64,000 nt of DNA from Simkaniaceae bacterium (GTDB lineage Bacteria > Chlamydiota > Chlamydiia > Chlamydiales > JAJFMI01): contig JBBDIZ010000027.1 of the NCBI GenBank assembly GCA_040880145.1, positions 5,139 to 69,138 on the forward strand. Direction: 5' to 3'. Position numbers and translations under genes: made by a program. Position 1 is the stretch's first letter; every line of letters starts with the position of its first letter. This document shows positions 9,406 to 18,355 of the stretch, piece by piece. The notes under the pieces were generated by a model. That model was given only the letters and a program-made list of their open reading frames with translations, did no database searches and was not told the origin of the DNA.

Positions 9406-10222
9406 ATTTTTCCAAAATCCCTTTCTCTTAATGGCTCTTTTCGCCGGCCTTTTAGCCTCAGTTGCCTCAGGCATTGTAGGCTCTTACGTCGTTGTCAAGC
9501 GCATCGTTTTTATCAGCGGCGGGATTTCTCACTCCGTTCTTGGGGGAATGGGGCTTTGCCTCTACTTGCAGCGGACCTATAATCTTCCTTGGCTAAACCC
9601 CATATACGGCGCTCTTCTAACCGCCTTGCTTGCCGCTTATTTAATCGGCTGGATCCACCTGAACTATCACCAAAGAGAGGATACTGTCATAGGAGCGCTT
9701 TGGGCTTCAGGAATGGCCCTTGGTGTCATTTTTGTCAGCCTAACTCCCGGATACAATGTTGAACTAATGAATTTTTTATTTGGAAATATTCTTTGGACCA
9801 CCCTTCCCGATCTAGTCACACTCCTTGTTTTGGATGCCATTATCATTACAATCGTCCTTCTTCTTCATACCAAATTTTTGGCCATTTGCTTTGATGAAAA
9901 ACAATCATTTTTACAAATGCTTCCTGTTCGCCCTCTCTATTTCTTACTTCTCTCTTTAATTGCAATTACAACCGTCCTATTAATCCAAGTGATTGGTGCC
10001 ATTTTAGTGATCGCTATGTTGAGCTTGCCCGCCGGGATTGCCGGATCTTTTACAAAACGCCTCTCCACAATGATGATTCTTGCAACACTGGTTAGCTTTT
10101 TCTTCACCTTAATCGGCCTTTTCACCTCTTACATCTTGAATTGGCCGCCAGGCGCTACTATCTCGCTTACAACAACGCTCGCTTTCTTAATCCACCTCCC
10201 TGTAAAAAAATTAGTTGCCTAA
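9395..10222 (+). CDS. metal ABC transporter permease (ZnuB/TroC-like)
   Basis: Polytopic ABC-3-type permease. The track start is 9359. I prefer ATG 9395 (MLSEFFQNPF...), which overlaps the ATPase stop as in a coupled operon. Confidence 0.82.
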   Translation: MLSEFFQNPFLLMALFAGLLASVASGIVGSYVVVKRIVFISGGISHSVLGGMGLCLYLQRTYNLPWLNPIYGALLTALLAAYLIGWIHLNYHQREDTVIGALWASGMALGVIFVSLTPGYNVELMNFLFGNILWTTLPDLVTLLVLDAIIITIVLLLHTKFLAICFDEKQSFLQMLPVRPLYFLLLSLIAITTVLLIQVIGAILVIAMLSLPAGIAGSFTKRLSTMMILATLVSFFFTLIGLFTSYILNWPPGATISLTTTLAFLIHLPVKKLVA

Positions 10223-10240
10223 AACCCCCTTATTTAGAAA

Positions 10241-10269
10241 TTGACGTATTGTCAGACTTGACGTATAAT
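10241..10269 (+). promoter_or_regulatory. promoter of rplU-rpmA(-obg): TTGACG-17 nt-TATAAT
   Basis: The -35 hexamer is at 10241-10246 and the -10 hexamer at 10264-10269. The 9-mer TTGACGTAT occurs twice (10241 and 10258), so the -35 and the region overlapping the -10 are direct repeats. Confidence 0.55.
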
Positions 10270-10313
10270 CCTCTCGATAACGTAAACTCGTGCTCAATTC
10301 TATCGGAGGAATC

Positions 10314-10625
10314 ATGTACGCAATCATCGAAACCGGTGGCAAACAATACCAAGTCGAAAAAGACGACGTGATTGATGTTGAACTATTAAAGACCAACGAC
10401 AATCAGATCGAGTTTAAGCAAGTTTTATTTTTAAACGATAAAGGACAAACTCTTATCGGAGCCCCGCACCTTACTGAGATCACCGTCAAAGGTGAGCTTA
10501 TCTCTGAAGTAAAAGGCCCTAAAGTCATCGCTTTTAAATTTAAAAGACGCAAAAACTATCGCCGAAAAGTCGGCCATCGCCAAAAATATTCTCGAGTGAA
10601 GATCACCGATATTGTTAAAAGTTAA
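10314..10625 (+). CDS. rplU: 50S ribosomal protein L21
   Basis: MYAIIETGGKQYQV..., with GGAGGA 4 nt upstream of ATG 10314. The track ORF starts earlier, at 10290. Confidence 0.95.
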   Translation: MYAIIETGGKQYQVEKDDVIDVELLKTNDNQIEFKQVLFLNDKGQTLIGAPHLTEITVKGELISEVKGPKVIAFKFKRRKNYRRKVGHRQKYSRVKITDIVKS

Positions 10626-10641
10626 TTTGAGGAGTTAAAGA

Positions 10642-10890
10642 ATGGCTCATAAGAAAGGGCAAGGATCAACCCGAAATGGACGCGATTCCAATCCCCAATA
10701 TTTGGGACTAAAAGCAACGCATGGACAGTTTGTTACAGCGGGAAGTATTATTATTCGCCAAAGAGGCACAAAATACCATCCCTCTAAAAACGTCGGCCGC
10801 GGTCGTGACGACACTCTCTTTGCTCTTGTTGATGGCATTGTCTCCTTTCGAAAGACAAATAAAACATCCGTTTCCATCCTTCCCTCATAA
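10642..10890 (+). CDS. rpmA: 50S ribosomal protein L27
   Basis: [24 protein letters not shown]... Confidence 0.96.
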   Translation: MAHKKGQGSTRNGRDSNPQYLGLKATHGQFVTAGSIIIRQRGTKYHPSKNVGRGRDDTLFALVDGIVSFRKTNKTSVSILPS

Positions 10891-10901
10891 GTAATTGAAT
10901 C

Positions 10902-10927
10902 GGGGCTTTTCATTAAGCCCCTTTATT
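10902..10927 (+). terminator. hairpin plus T-run after rpmA (intrinsic terminator or attenuator before obg)
   Basis: GGGGCTT-ttcatt-AAGCCCC (7-bp stem) followed by TTTATT. Confidence 0.5.
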
Positions 10928-10937
10928 AAAAAAAAAT

Positions 10938-11933
10938 ATGTTTTTAGATCGTGTCCGATTAAAACTCATCGCCGGTAAAGGCGGAAATGGAGTGGTTGCC
11001 TGGCGTCGCGAAAAGTACATTCCCAAGGGTGGTCCTTGCGGAGGTAATGGCGGTCCTGGAGGATCCATCATCTTTAGGAGCGTAGACTCTTTATACTCCC
11101 TCGACCCCTATCGAAACCGCCGCCAAGTCAAAGCAGAAAGCGGTGCTCAGGGCGGATCGAATCAGCGTCAAGGCCGAAAGGGCGAGGATCTCATCCTCAA
11201 TGTTCCTTGCGGCACTCTTTTAAAGGACCCGGAAACCGAAGCCATCCTTTTTGACTTTACAGAGCCTAGTCAAGAATTCAAAGTTTGTGTTGGCGGAAAA
11301 GGCGGCCTTGGAAACACCTTTTTCAAGTCCCCTACAAACAGAGCTCCAAGCCGCTCAACCCCCGGCAAGGAAGGCGAAGTAAAAGCCGTTGAGCTCGAAC
11401 TAAAACTCATTGCCGATATTGGTTTTGTAGGCCTTCCAAGCGCCGGCAAATCGACGCTCCTTTCAAATCTCGCTCAAATTGAGCTGAAAACAGGCGCCTA
11501 CCCCTTTACGACCCTCTCCCCCAACCTCAGTCAAATTGAGTTTGAAGATTATACAAAAATTACAATCGCCGATATTCCGGGGATCATCGAAAAGGCTCAT
11601 CAAAATAAAGGCCTAGGCCTTGAATTTTTACGTCACATCGAACGGACGAAAGTTCTTCTTTTCATCATCGATATCGCCGATCTTGTTACTGACCCAATTG
11701 AAAGCTTTGAAATATTGAAAAATGAACTCAAGACTTACTCGCCCTCTCTTATAGAGAAACCTCAACTTGTCGCCTTAAATAAGATAGATATTCTTGAGGA
11801 CCCTGAAGTTCTAGAACGTTTTAAAAAGCAGAATCCTCAAAGCACCCTCTTTTTGATTTCAGCACTTGAAAAACAAGATCTTGAACCTCTAGTCTATGCT
11901 ATGAAGTCTCTTGTCCAGACAAGCCAAAAATAA
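10938..11933 (+). CDS. obg: GTPase Obg/CgtA
   Basis: It has the Obg fold GKGGNGVVAWRREKYIPKGGPCGGNGGPGG and the G-motifs GLPSAGKST, DIPG and NKID. Confidence 0.95.
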   Translation: MFLDRVRLKLIAGKGGNGVVAWRREKYIPKGGPCGGNGGPGGSIIFRSVDSLYSLDPYRNRRQVKAESGAQGGSNQRQGRKGEDLILNVPCGTLLKDPETEAILFDFTEPSQEFKVCVGGKGGLGNTFFKSPTNRAPSRSTPGKEGEVKAVELELKLIADIGFVGLPSAGKSTLLSNLAQIELKTGAYPFTTLSPNLSQIEFEDYTKITIADIPGIIEKAHQNKGLGLEFLRHIERTKVLLFIIDIADLVTDPIESFEILKNELKTYSPSLIEKPQLVALNKIDILEDPEVLERFKKQNPQSTLFLISALEKQDLEPLVYAMKSLVQTSQK

Positions 11934-11937
11934 TCAA

Positions 11938-12900
11938 TCAGTCAGAAAACTTATCATTGTGAATAAAGAGCTTATCTTCATCCATAACAGGTAGTAAATG
12001 TTTATCTTCTCGTTCAATTAATACCCAATCAGGCGGATAGATATCGGGTAATTGCCCCGGCCGAAACCGATAAGGAGAGGGCGCCACAACTATTTTCTCC
12101 GGATTTGTATTTAAATAGGCCGCCCACCAGCCGAAAGTAGAGTTTCCAATAATATTATGATCACAAAGCGTAAGAAGGTAAAAATCATTCACCACACTAT
12201 CCGAGACAAAAACAATCCGTTTTTCAATCCCCTTTAACATCCGCTTGGTCCACTCCAAGTTATCCGTACAAATAACAAATAAAGCCTCATCAGGAAAATG
12301 ATCCATAGCCTTCTTGATAAAATCAGGGTCAGGAGGAAGAAGTTTTGAATAAAATATTTTACAATGAGCACGCCCTTTAAAAAGGTTATCTCTTGGATGT
12401 AAATAAGTCCGAATATGAACGCCTACCTTTATCGGTTCTTGAAAAATGGAAGTATATTTTTGATTCAAATAAGATTTGATTTTATCACTTGGAGCAAAGA
12501 GCTCCAAAAGCTTTTCTCTATGGTGATCGAAGTACTTGTAGGAAAGAAAAAATCCATGTATAATTAAATTATCTTGATAGTTTATCGGAACATAAAGAGC
12601 TGTTTTGTTGTAAGCCATTTCATGATTCCATGAACTTCGCTTTCCATCTGGAAGCGTTCTTTTTGGAAATCTCCAAAAGACCTCTGGATATTGATTTCCG
12701 GTTTTTAAAGGCAGAATATATTGAGCATCATGGTCTAAAGCGCAACTTAAACCAGCGGAAGCTTGAAAAAGTTGATTGCCCAGCTGTCCTCTCGGATGAT
12801 GACTTACAAATGGCTTTTCAGAATCAAAAAGCTCCGATCCCTCGCAAAAAGTTAAGAAACATATAAAAACACTAATAAATAATTTTTCGATTTTCTTCAA
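11938..12900 (-). CDS. GT11-family glycosyltransferase (alpha-1,2-fucosyltransferase-like) with an N-terminal signal or anchor
   Basis: 320 aa with a TTG start preceded by GAGGGA. It has the GT11-like motifs GQLGNQLFQ and GNSTFGWWAAYLN. The central motif is degenerate (VGVHIRTY...PRD). The N-terminus MKKIEKLFISVFICFLTFC is hydrophobic. Confidence 0.65.
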   Translation of the reverse strand: MKKIEKLFISVFICFLTFCEGSELFDSEKPFVSHHPRGQLGNQLFQASAGLSCALDHDAQYILPLKTGNQYPEVFWRFPKRTLPDGKRSSWNHEMAYNKTALYVPINYQDNLIIHGFFLSYKYFDHHREKLLELFAPSDKIKSYLNQKYTSIFQEPIKVGVHIRTYLHPRDNLFKGRAHCKIFYSKLLPPDPDFIKKAMDHFPDEALFVICTDNLEWTKRMLKGIEKRIVFVSDSVVNDFYLLTLCDHNIIGNSTFGWWAAYLNTNPEKIVVAPSPYRFRPGQLPDIYPPDWVLIEREDKHLLPVMDEDKLFIHNDKFSD

Positions 12901-12913
12901 AACATCCCTCTAA

Positions 12914-13816
12914 TTAAAAATCAACTCGAATCGGCAACTGTTGATTGATTTTAGATCCTTCCATCTCTTTCAAAACCTTGAGTCGATTTCGTTTTTTAAT
13001 AATCCCTTCTTTGCAAGGACTTACTCGAAAAGCATCTCTCCAGAGCGTTAGAGTGTTACTCGGAACATCCATAAAGGGTTCATAAAGATCTTTCCGAACC
13101 AGAAAAAGATTATTCGTCATACAAATTGGTTCATATCCCATTTTTCTAGCCTCATCGATCGCAACCTGAACGGGCTGATGGATATTTCTAATTGCGATAT
13201 CTTCAGGAACTTCTTTAGCAAAAAGAGGATGCCAAAGGAGACCACATTCAATACAGATAACCTTAGGGCGACACTCTAGACTTTTCAAAATATAAAAATC
13301 CGCACCATCAATATCTATGGATAAAAAATCAATTTCTATATCTGGAAAATGCTCTTTTCGAATTTGATCAAATAACATCCCTCTTTGGTCTTCTTGATTC
13401 CACGTAATAAATTGATTCAGGCACAAAACATTTTCATCTGACTGATAATTTTTTCTTAATTTTTTGAACGCCTTCTTGCTTGATTCAATGAAACACCCCT
13501 TCCACCCCTTTTCAATGAGCCGTCTTATATTAGAAAGCCAAACTCCATCAGCCCCCCCAAATTCAACACAATACCCTTCTGAAATATTCAGACGATTAAA
13601 AATTTCTTCAATAATCCCATCTTCTCCAAACTGCGAATATTGACAATACCCATATCGATTCAAACTTTTTGGAGACAACCGATGACAATTATTTTTCAAA
13701 GCCTCATCAGTTCCCTCTTTCCATTCAAGTGCAGAAGCAGTTGAAGTGAGAAAAAAAACAGATAATATAAAAAATATTTTTATTTTCACAAGTGACTCCA
13801 TTAAATATTTGAGCAA
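12914..13816 (-). CDS. FkbM-like (Methyltransf_21) SAM-dependent methyltransferase with a cleavable-looking signal peptide
   Basis: It has YSQFGEDGIIEEIF, CVEFGGADGVWLSN, GWKGCFIESS and DFLSIDIDGADFYILKSL. The signal is IFFILSVFFLTSTASA/LE. The track start is a TTG at 13816; an alternative ATG is at 13801. It lies 13 nt upstream of the GT11 gene. Confidence 0.6.
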   Translation of the reverse strand: MLKYLMESLVKIKIFFILSVFFLTSTASALEWKEGTDEALKNNCHRLSPKSLNRYGYCQYSQFGEDGIIEEIFNRLNISEGYCVEFGGADGVWLSNIRRLIEKGWKGCFIESSKKAFKKLRKNYQSDENVLCLNQFITWNQEDQRGMLFDQIRKEHFPDIEIDFLSIDIDGADFYILKSLECRPKVICIECGLLWHPLFAKEVPEDIAIRNIHQPVQVAIDEARKMGYEPICMTNNLFLVRKDLYEPFMDVPSNTLTLWRDAFRVSPCKEGIIKKRNRLKVLKEMEGSKINQQLPIRVDF

Positions 13817-13954
13817 AGTTTTGTCTATTTACCCAAAACAGTCAATCAAAAAAATATTTTTTATAATAAGGGCGAAACAGCCAATCGACAGCACGGCAAG
13901 AGACCTTCTCGCTCCCGCCTAATCCAGTTATTAATGTGCGTAATTTGTGGCTTT

Positions 13955-13983
13955 AAGAAAGGGAAGAGAGACTCTCTCTTCCC
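13955..13983 (-). terminator. intrinsic terminator after the 253-aa ORF
   Basis: GGGAAGAGAG-act-CTCTCTTCCC (10-bp stem, 13961-13983). It is followed on the minus strand by TTTCTT and lies 31 nt past the stop. Confidence 0.6.
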
Positions 13984-14014
13984 TTAGAATTTCTATAATA
14001 CCGAAAAATGGACA

Positions 14015-14776
14015 CTAAAAGACGTCGTCGTCTTTGTCAGCTGCCTCTTCCGGAGCCATTACAAGCCGTGGAGGGATAAGGGGTTCCGGGGCCTTTTCCT
14101 GAAAGGGAGGAAGCAGGGGTTGGTTCTTCTCTCTCTCCTCTGATAGCTCTTCAGGCGGCAATTCAATTGACTTTGATGGCGGCGGAATCAAAACAGGCTC
14201 ATTCTCTCCTATTTGGTCGGAAAGAAAATCTCTTTGAGGAATTTCTTCAGCCGGCTCTTTTTTAACCCTTTCTGAGATGAGTTTATCTGGAGGGGGGAGT
14301 AAAGTGGCCACCCTAGAAGATGAAACGCGAGTTTCATCTTCTAGGCCACCTCCTTCCCCTACTCTATTGACCTCTTCTTCTCCATCTTTACTCTCATCCG
14401 GCATGGTTGAGGTCGGCTTTCTGCGTCTTGTCCGGCGCTTCTCCCGCTTCTCTTTTAAGGGAGCTTTTTCCTCTACCTCTTTAGGTGTCTTTGGCGCCTC
14501 CCTCCCACCTGCAATTTTTACAGATTTTTCAATGGCAACATTTTTAAGCACTACTTTGCTCTCTTTCGTCTCAATAACTTCAAAATCTGTTATCGGTAAA
14601 AGAAAAGCCTTTGGTCTCTCTAACGATCTAAAAAAAAGGGCGCTCCCAAAAGAAACAATTTCAAGAGCATCAACCGAATACTCCTCCTTTGCCCCTATTG
14701 AATTGCGGACCAATAATTTATACCCCTCTTTCGGCGTAATAATCGTTTCTATAATTGGTTCTCGTGTGAAATTCAC
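14015..14776 (-). CDS. hypothetical protein: compact N-terminal domain, basic patch, acidic and Pro-rich tail
   Basis: 253 aa with a GTG start that has AAAGGA 6 nt upstream. It contains KEKREKRRTRRRKP, then four L-x-P-P motifs (LLPPPDK, LIPPPSK, LLPPFQE, LIPPRL). No family recognised. Confidence 0.6.
   Translation of the reverse strand: MNFTREPIIETIITPKEGYKLLVRNSIGAKEEYSVDALEIVSFGSALFFRSLERPKAFLLPITDFEVIETKESKVVLKNVAIEKSVKIAGGREAPKTPKEVEEKAPLKEKREKRRTRRRKPTSTMPDESKDGEEEVNRVGEGGGLEDETRVSSSRVATLLPPPDKLISERVKKEPAEEIPQRDFLSDQIGENEPVLIPPPSKSIELPPEELSEEREKNQPLLPPFQEKAPEPLIPPRLVMAPEEAADKDDDVF
14306..14350. repeat. perfect 15-bp-stem, 4-nt-loop hairpin flanked by GGCCACC/GCCACC direct repeats, inside a CDS
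   Basis: GGCCAC-CCTAGAAGATGAAAC-GCGA-GTTTCATCTTCTAGG-CCACC. The arms are 14312-14326 and 14331-14345. I read it directly from the sequence. Confidence 0.85.
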
Positions 14777-14794
14777 TGAATATCCTTTTTTCGT

Positions 14795-15850
<1,056 letters not shown>

Positions 15851-15896
15851 CTACTGAATATGAGAAAAAGGGAAATTCCTGGCAATCTTTTTTCAA

Positions 15897-15937
15897 AATA
15901 AAAATAAAGAAGAAAAAGAGAGCCGTATACGACTCTC
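15897..15937 (-). terminator. intrinsic terminator after rplQ
   Basis: The minus strand reads GAGAGTCG-TATA-CGGCTCTC (8-bp stem including one G.U) followed by TTTTTCTTCTTTATTTTTATTTT. It lies 15 nt past the rplQ stop. Confidence 0.65.
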
Positions 15938-15952
15938 TTTAATAACAAAATC

Positions 15953-16375
15953 CTAGACAAACTCCAGAAGGCACTTTTCTGCATTATCGCCAATACGTGT
16001 ATCAAGACGTATTATCCGAGTGTATCCACCTTGACGCTCCTTATATCGGGGCGCAATTTTATCGAATAACTCTGTAATAACTAGACGATCCCCATTATAG
16101 GAAGTCTTGTCGCCTCCCTTTACCGCTCTCTTCTCTTTTGGAGTTAAGGCGTTTTGGGTAATCATTAGCGCAGCAATTGCCCGACGTCTACTTGCTAAGT
16201 CTCCCTTTTTTCCAAGAGTCACCATTCGATCTGCGTAACGCTTCAAATGCTTGGCCTTTGCAACAGTTGTCTCAATACGGCCATGTTCAATAAGCGCCTT
16301 TAGCATGTTCGCCACCATGCATCGGCGGTGGGAAGATGTTCGTCCTAATTTGAAAGTTAGCTTTCCATGTCTCAT
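15953..16375 (-). CDS. rplQ: 50S ribosomal protein L17
   Basis: MRHGKLTFKLGRTSSHRR...; it follows rpoA as in the alpha operon. Confidence 0.95.
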   Translation of the reverse strand: MRHGKLTFKLGRTSSHRRCMVANMLKALIEHGRIETTVAKAKHLKRYADRMVTLGKKGDLASRRRAIAALMITQNALTPKEKRAVKGGDKTSYNGDRLVITELFDKIAPRYKERQGGYTRIIRLDTRIGDNAEKCLLEFV

Positions 16376-17469
16376 ATCTCTTTCCCTGCTCTTTCCTCTA
16401 AATATTTATCAACTATTTCTTTAACATTGTCCTTGTTGATTCCATAACGGCTCAAATCCATCCCAAGTCCAAGATTTAATTCATCAAGTTTAGCACGAAT
16501 CTCATTTAAGGATTTCTTGCCAAAGTTTCTAAATTTCAACATATCGGTCTCCGGCATAATCACAAGTTCTGCAATCGTATTGATGTTAGCTTGTGATAAG
16601 CAGTTAGTCGATCGTACAGAAAGCTCAATCTCGTCAATTCTAAGAGCAAGTTTTGCTAGAAGCTGATCGCGATCGGAGTTTTCTTCCTCTACTTCATGTT
16701 CAAAGGAGATCCGCTGAAATTGATCAGAATCAAAGCATTGAAAATGCAGTACGCCAAGTTGCGTTGCAAAAGTTAATGCCTCCTGAGGAGTAATTCGACC
16801 ATCTGTTCGAATTTCAAAAACAAGACGATCAAAGTCTGTATCTTGACCAACGCGAGTATTCTCAACAAAGTAATTCACAAGCTTAACAGGAGAAAAAATC
16901 GAGTCGATCACAATTTCATCTACAACTTTATTCGGTATATCTTGCCGCTCTGATGGCAAATAACCTCTTCCCTGAGAAATACGTAAATCAATACGTTTCT
17001 TCATGGGTTTCGTTACCGTAAAGATTTTATGATCTGAATTCACGACTTCAAATTCGCTCTCTTTCATCACTTCACCGAAAGTCACAATATGTTGTCCGGA
17101 ACCTTTCTGGATCATTTCCTCCGTAACATCGAGATGGAAAATGTAGTGTTTTGGAGCTCTTGATGAACCCTTTTCCTGTACAGGCTTGAGTCGAAGTAGA
17201 CCTCCCTTAAAATTGAGAACGACATGAGTCATATCCTCAATAATTCCCTCCACAGCCATATACTCATGAGGGACTCCCTCAATTTTTATCGAGCAAATCG
17301 CATAGGCTTCGAGAGATGTTAAGAGAATTCTTCTAAGGGCATTTCCTATGGTATGTCCATAACCACGCTCGAAGGGCTCAGCAATAAATGTCGCAAGAGT
17401 CTCCGAATTATCCTTCTTTTCAACCTTAATCTTTGCTGGCAATTCAAACTTGCCATACTTGACTGTCAT
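16372..17469 (-). CDS. rpoA: DNA-directed RNA polymerase alpha subunit
   Basis: 365 aa. It has GHTIGNALRRILL and the C-terminal domain ELSVRSTNCL...NFGKKSLNEI. Confidence 0.96.
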   Translation of the reverse strand: MTVKYGKFELPAKIKVEKKDNSETLATFIAEPFERGYGHTIGNALRRILLTSLEAYAICSIKIEGVPHEYMAVEGIIEDMTHVVLNFKGGLLRLKPVQEKGSSRAPKHYIFHLDVTEEMIQKGSGQHIVTFGEVMKESEFEVVNSDHKIFTVTKPMKKRIDLRISQGRGYLPSERQDIPNKVVDEIVIDSIFSPVKLVNYFVENTRVGQDTDFDRLVFEIRTDGRITPQEALTFATQLGVLHFQCFDSDQFQRISFEHEVEEENSDRDQLLAKLALRIDEIELSVRSTNCLSQANINTIAELVIMPETDMLKFRNFGKKSLNEIRAKLDELNLGLGMDLSRYGINKDNVKEIVDKYLEERAGKEI

Positions 17470-17497
17470 AAACTTGTCTCCCTAAAAGAATATTTAA

Positions 17498-17896
17498 TTA
17501 GCATCTTCGGCGCTTTCTTGGTCTGCATCCGTTATGTGGAACGGGTGTCTTATCACGAATGAGATTGATATTCAGTCCGGCACTTTGCAGTCCCTTTACA
17601 GCTGATTCGCGTCCAGCTCCAGGGCCTTTTAGGTGAACTTCTACTTCCTTCAATCCATACTGCATTGCACTCTTAGCCGCATCTTGAGCCGCAATAGAAG
17701 CTGCAAAAGCTGATGATTTTCGAGAGCCGGAGAATTTTGCCTTCCCGGCTGACGCCCATGATAAAACATTCCCAAGGGGATCTGTAATCGTTACGATCGT
17801 GTTATTGAAAGTCGCTCGTACGTGTGCCACACCACTTGGAACTGATTTTGATTGCTTTTTTCTTGTACGCGTTGTGCGTTTTTCTTGCTTAGCCAA
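17498..17896 (-). CDS. rpsK: 30S ribosomal protein S11
   Basis: [18 protein letters not shown]...[11 protein letters not shown]. Confidence 0.96.
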   Translation of the reverse strand: MAKQEKRTTRTRKKQSKSVPSGVAHVRATFNNTIVTITDPLGNVLSWASAGKAKFSGSRKSSAFAASIAAQDAAKSAMQYGLKEVEVHLKGPGAGRESAVKGLQSAGLNINLIRDKTPVPHNGCRPRKRRRC

Positions 17897-17913
17897 AGCT
17901 CATACTCCTTGAA

Positions 17914-18288
17914 TTAACTGGCCTTTTTCTTGCCAGCGACAGTTTTCTTCTTTCCTTTTCGAGTGCGCGCGTTGCATCGAGTCCTTTGGCCACGAACAGG
18001 GAGCTTGCTACTGTGACGTTGACCCCGATAACATTTGATACTTTTTAATCGATCAATGTTTCCTCGTATTTCTCGACGCTTATCCCCTTCAACAACATAC
18101 TCAGATTGAAGCATCTCATTAAGTTTAGAAATCTGCTCCTCTGTCAACTCCTTAGCATGAATGTCAGGATTAAGCCCTAGCTTATCTGTAATTTCTACAG
18201 CGATCTTACGTCCAACTCCGTAAATATAAGTCAAACTAATGACAAGTCTTTTTTTGTCTGGAATATCTATTCCTATCACTCTTGGCAT
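17914..18288 (-). CDS. rpsM: 30S ribosomal protein S13
   Basis: MPRVIGIDIPDKKRLVISLTYIYGVG... Confidence 0.96.
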   Translation of the reverse strand: MPRVIGIDIPDKKRLVISLTYIYGVGRKIAVEITDKLGLNPDIHAKELTEEQISKLNEMLQSEYVVEGDKRREIRGNIDRLKSIKCYRGQRHSSKLPVRGQRTRCNARTRKGKKKTVAGKKKAS

Positions 18289-18324
18289 TGTAAAATTCCT
18301 TAAAAATATAAATTCTCGTTTAGC

Positions 18325-18353
18325 AGTATATCATCTTACTTGTTTGAAATCAA
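18325..18353 (-). promoter_or_regulatory. candidate internal promoter of rpsM-rpsK-rpoA-rplQ (TTGATT-17 nt-TATACT)
   Basis: On the minus strand the -35 is at 18353-18348 and the -10 at 18330-18325. It lies in the 67-nt secY-rpsM spacer. Confidence 0.4.
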
Positions 18354-18355
18354 GC

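Noticed and set aside
10270-10309. Inverted repeat CCTCTCGATA ... TATCGGAGG that could sequester the rplU Shine-Dalgarno, suggesting an autoregulatory ribosomal-protein leader.
   Set aside because: The left arm starts immediately after the -10 hexamer (10264-10269). Most of it would therefore lie upstream of the transcription start and be absent from the mRNA. The pairing is only 9 bp with a bulge and a 21-nt loop.
13817-13954. Relatively GC-rich patch (GGGCGAAACAGCCAATCGACAGCACGGCAAGAGACCTTCTCGCTCCCGCC) in the spacer upstream of the methyltransferase gene, considered as a small RNA or riboswitch.
   Set aside because: I could not fold it into a convincing conserved structure or match it to any RNA family by eye. 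It may simply contain the cassette promoter. It is worth an Rfam or cmscan check but is not supportable as a feature.
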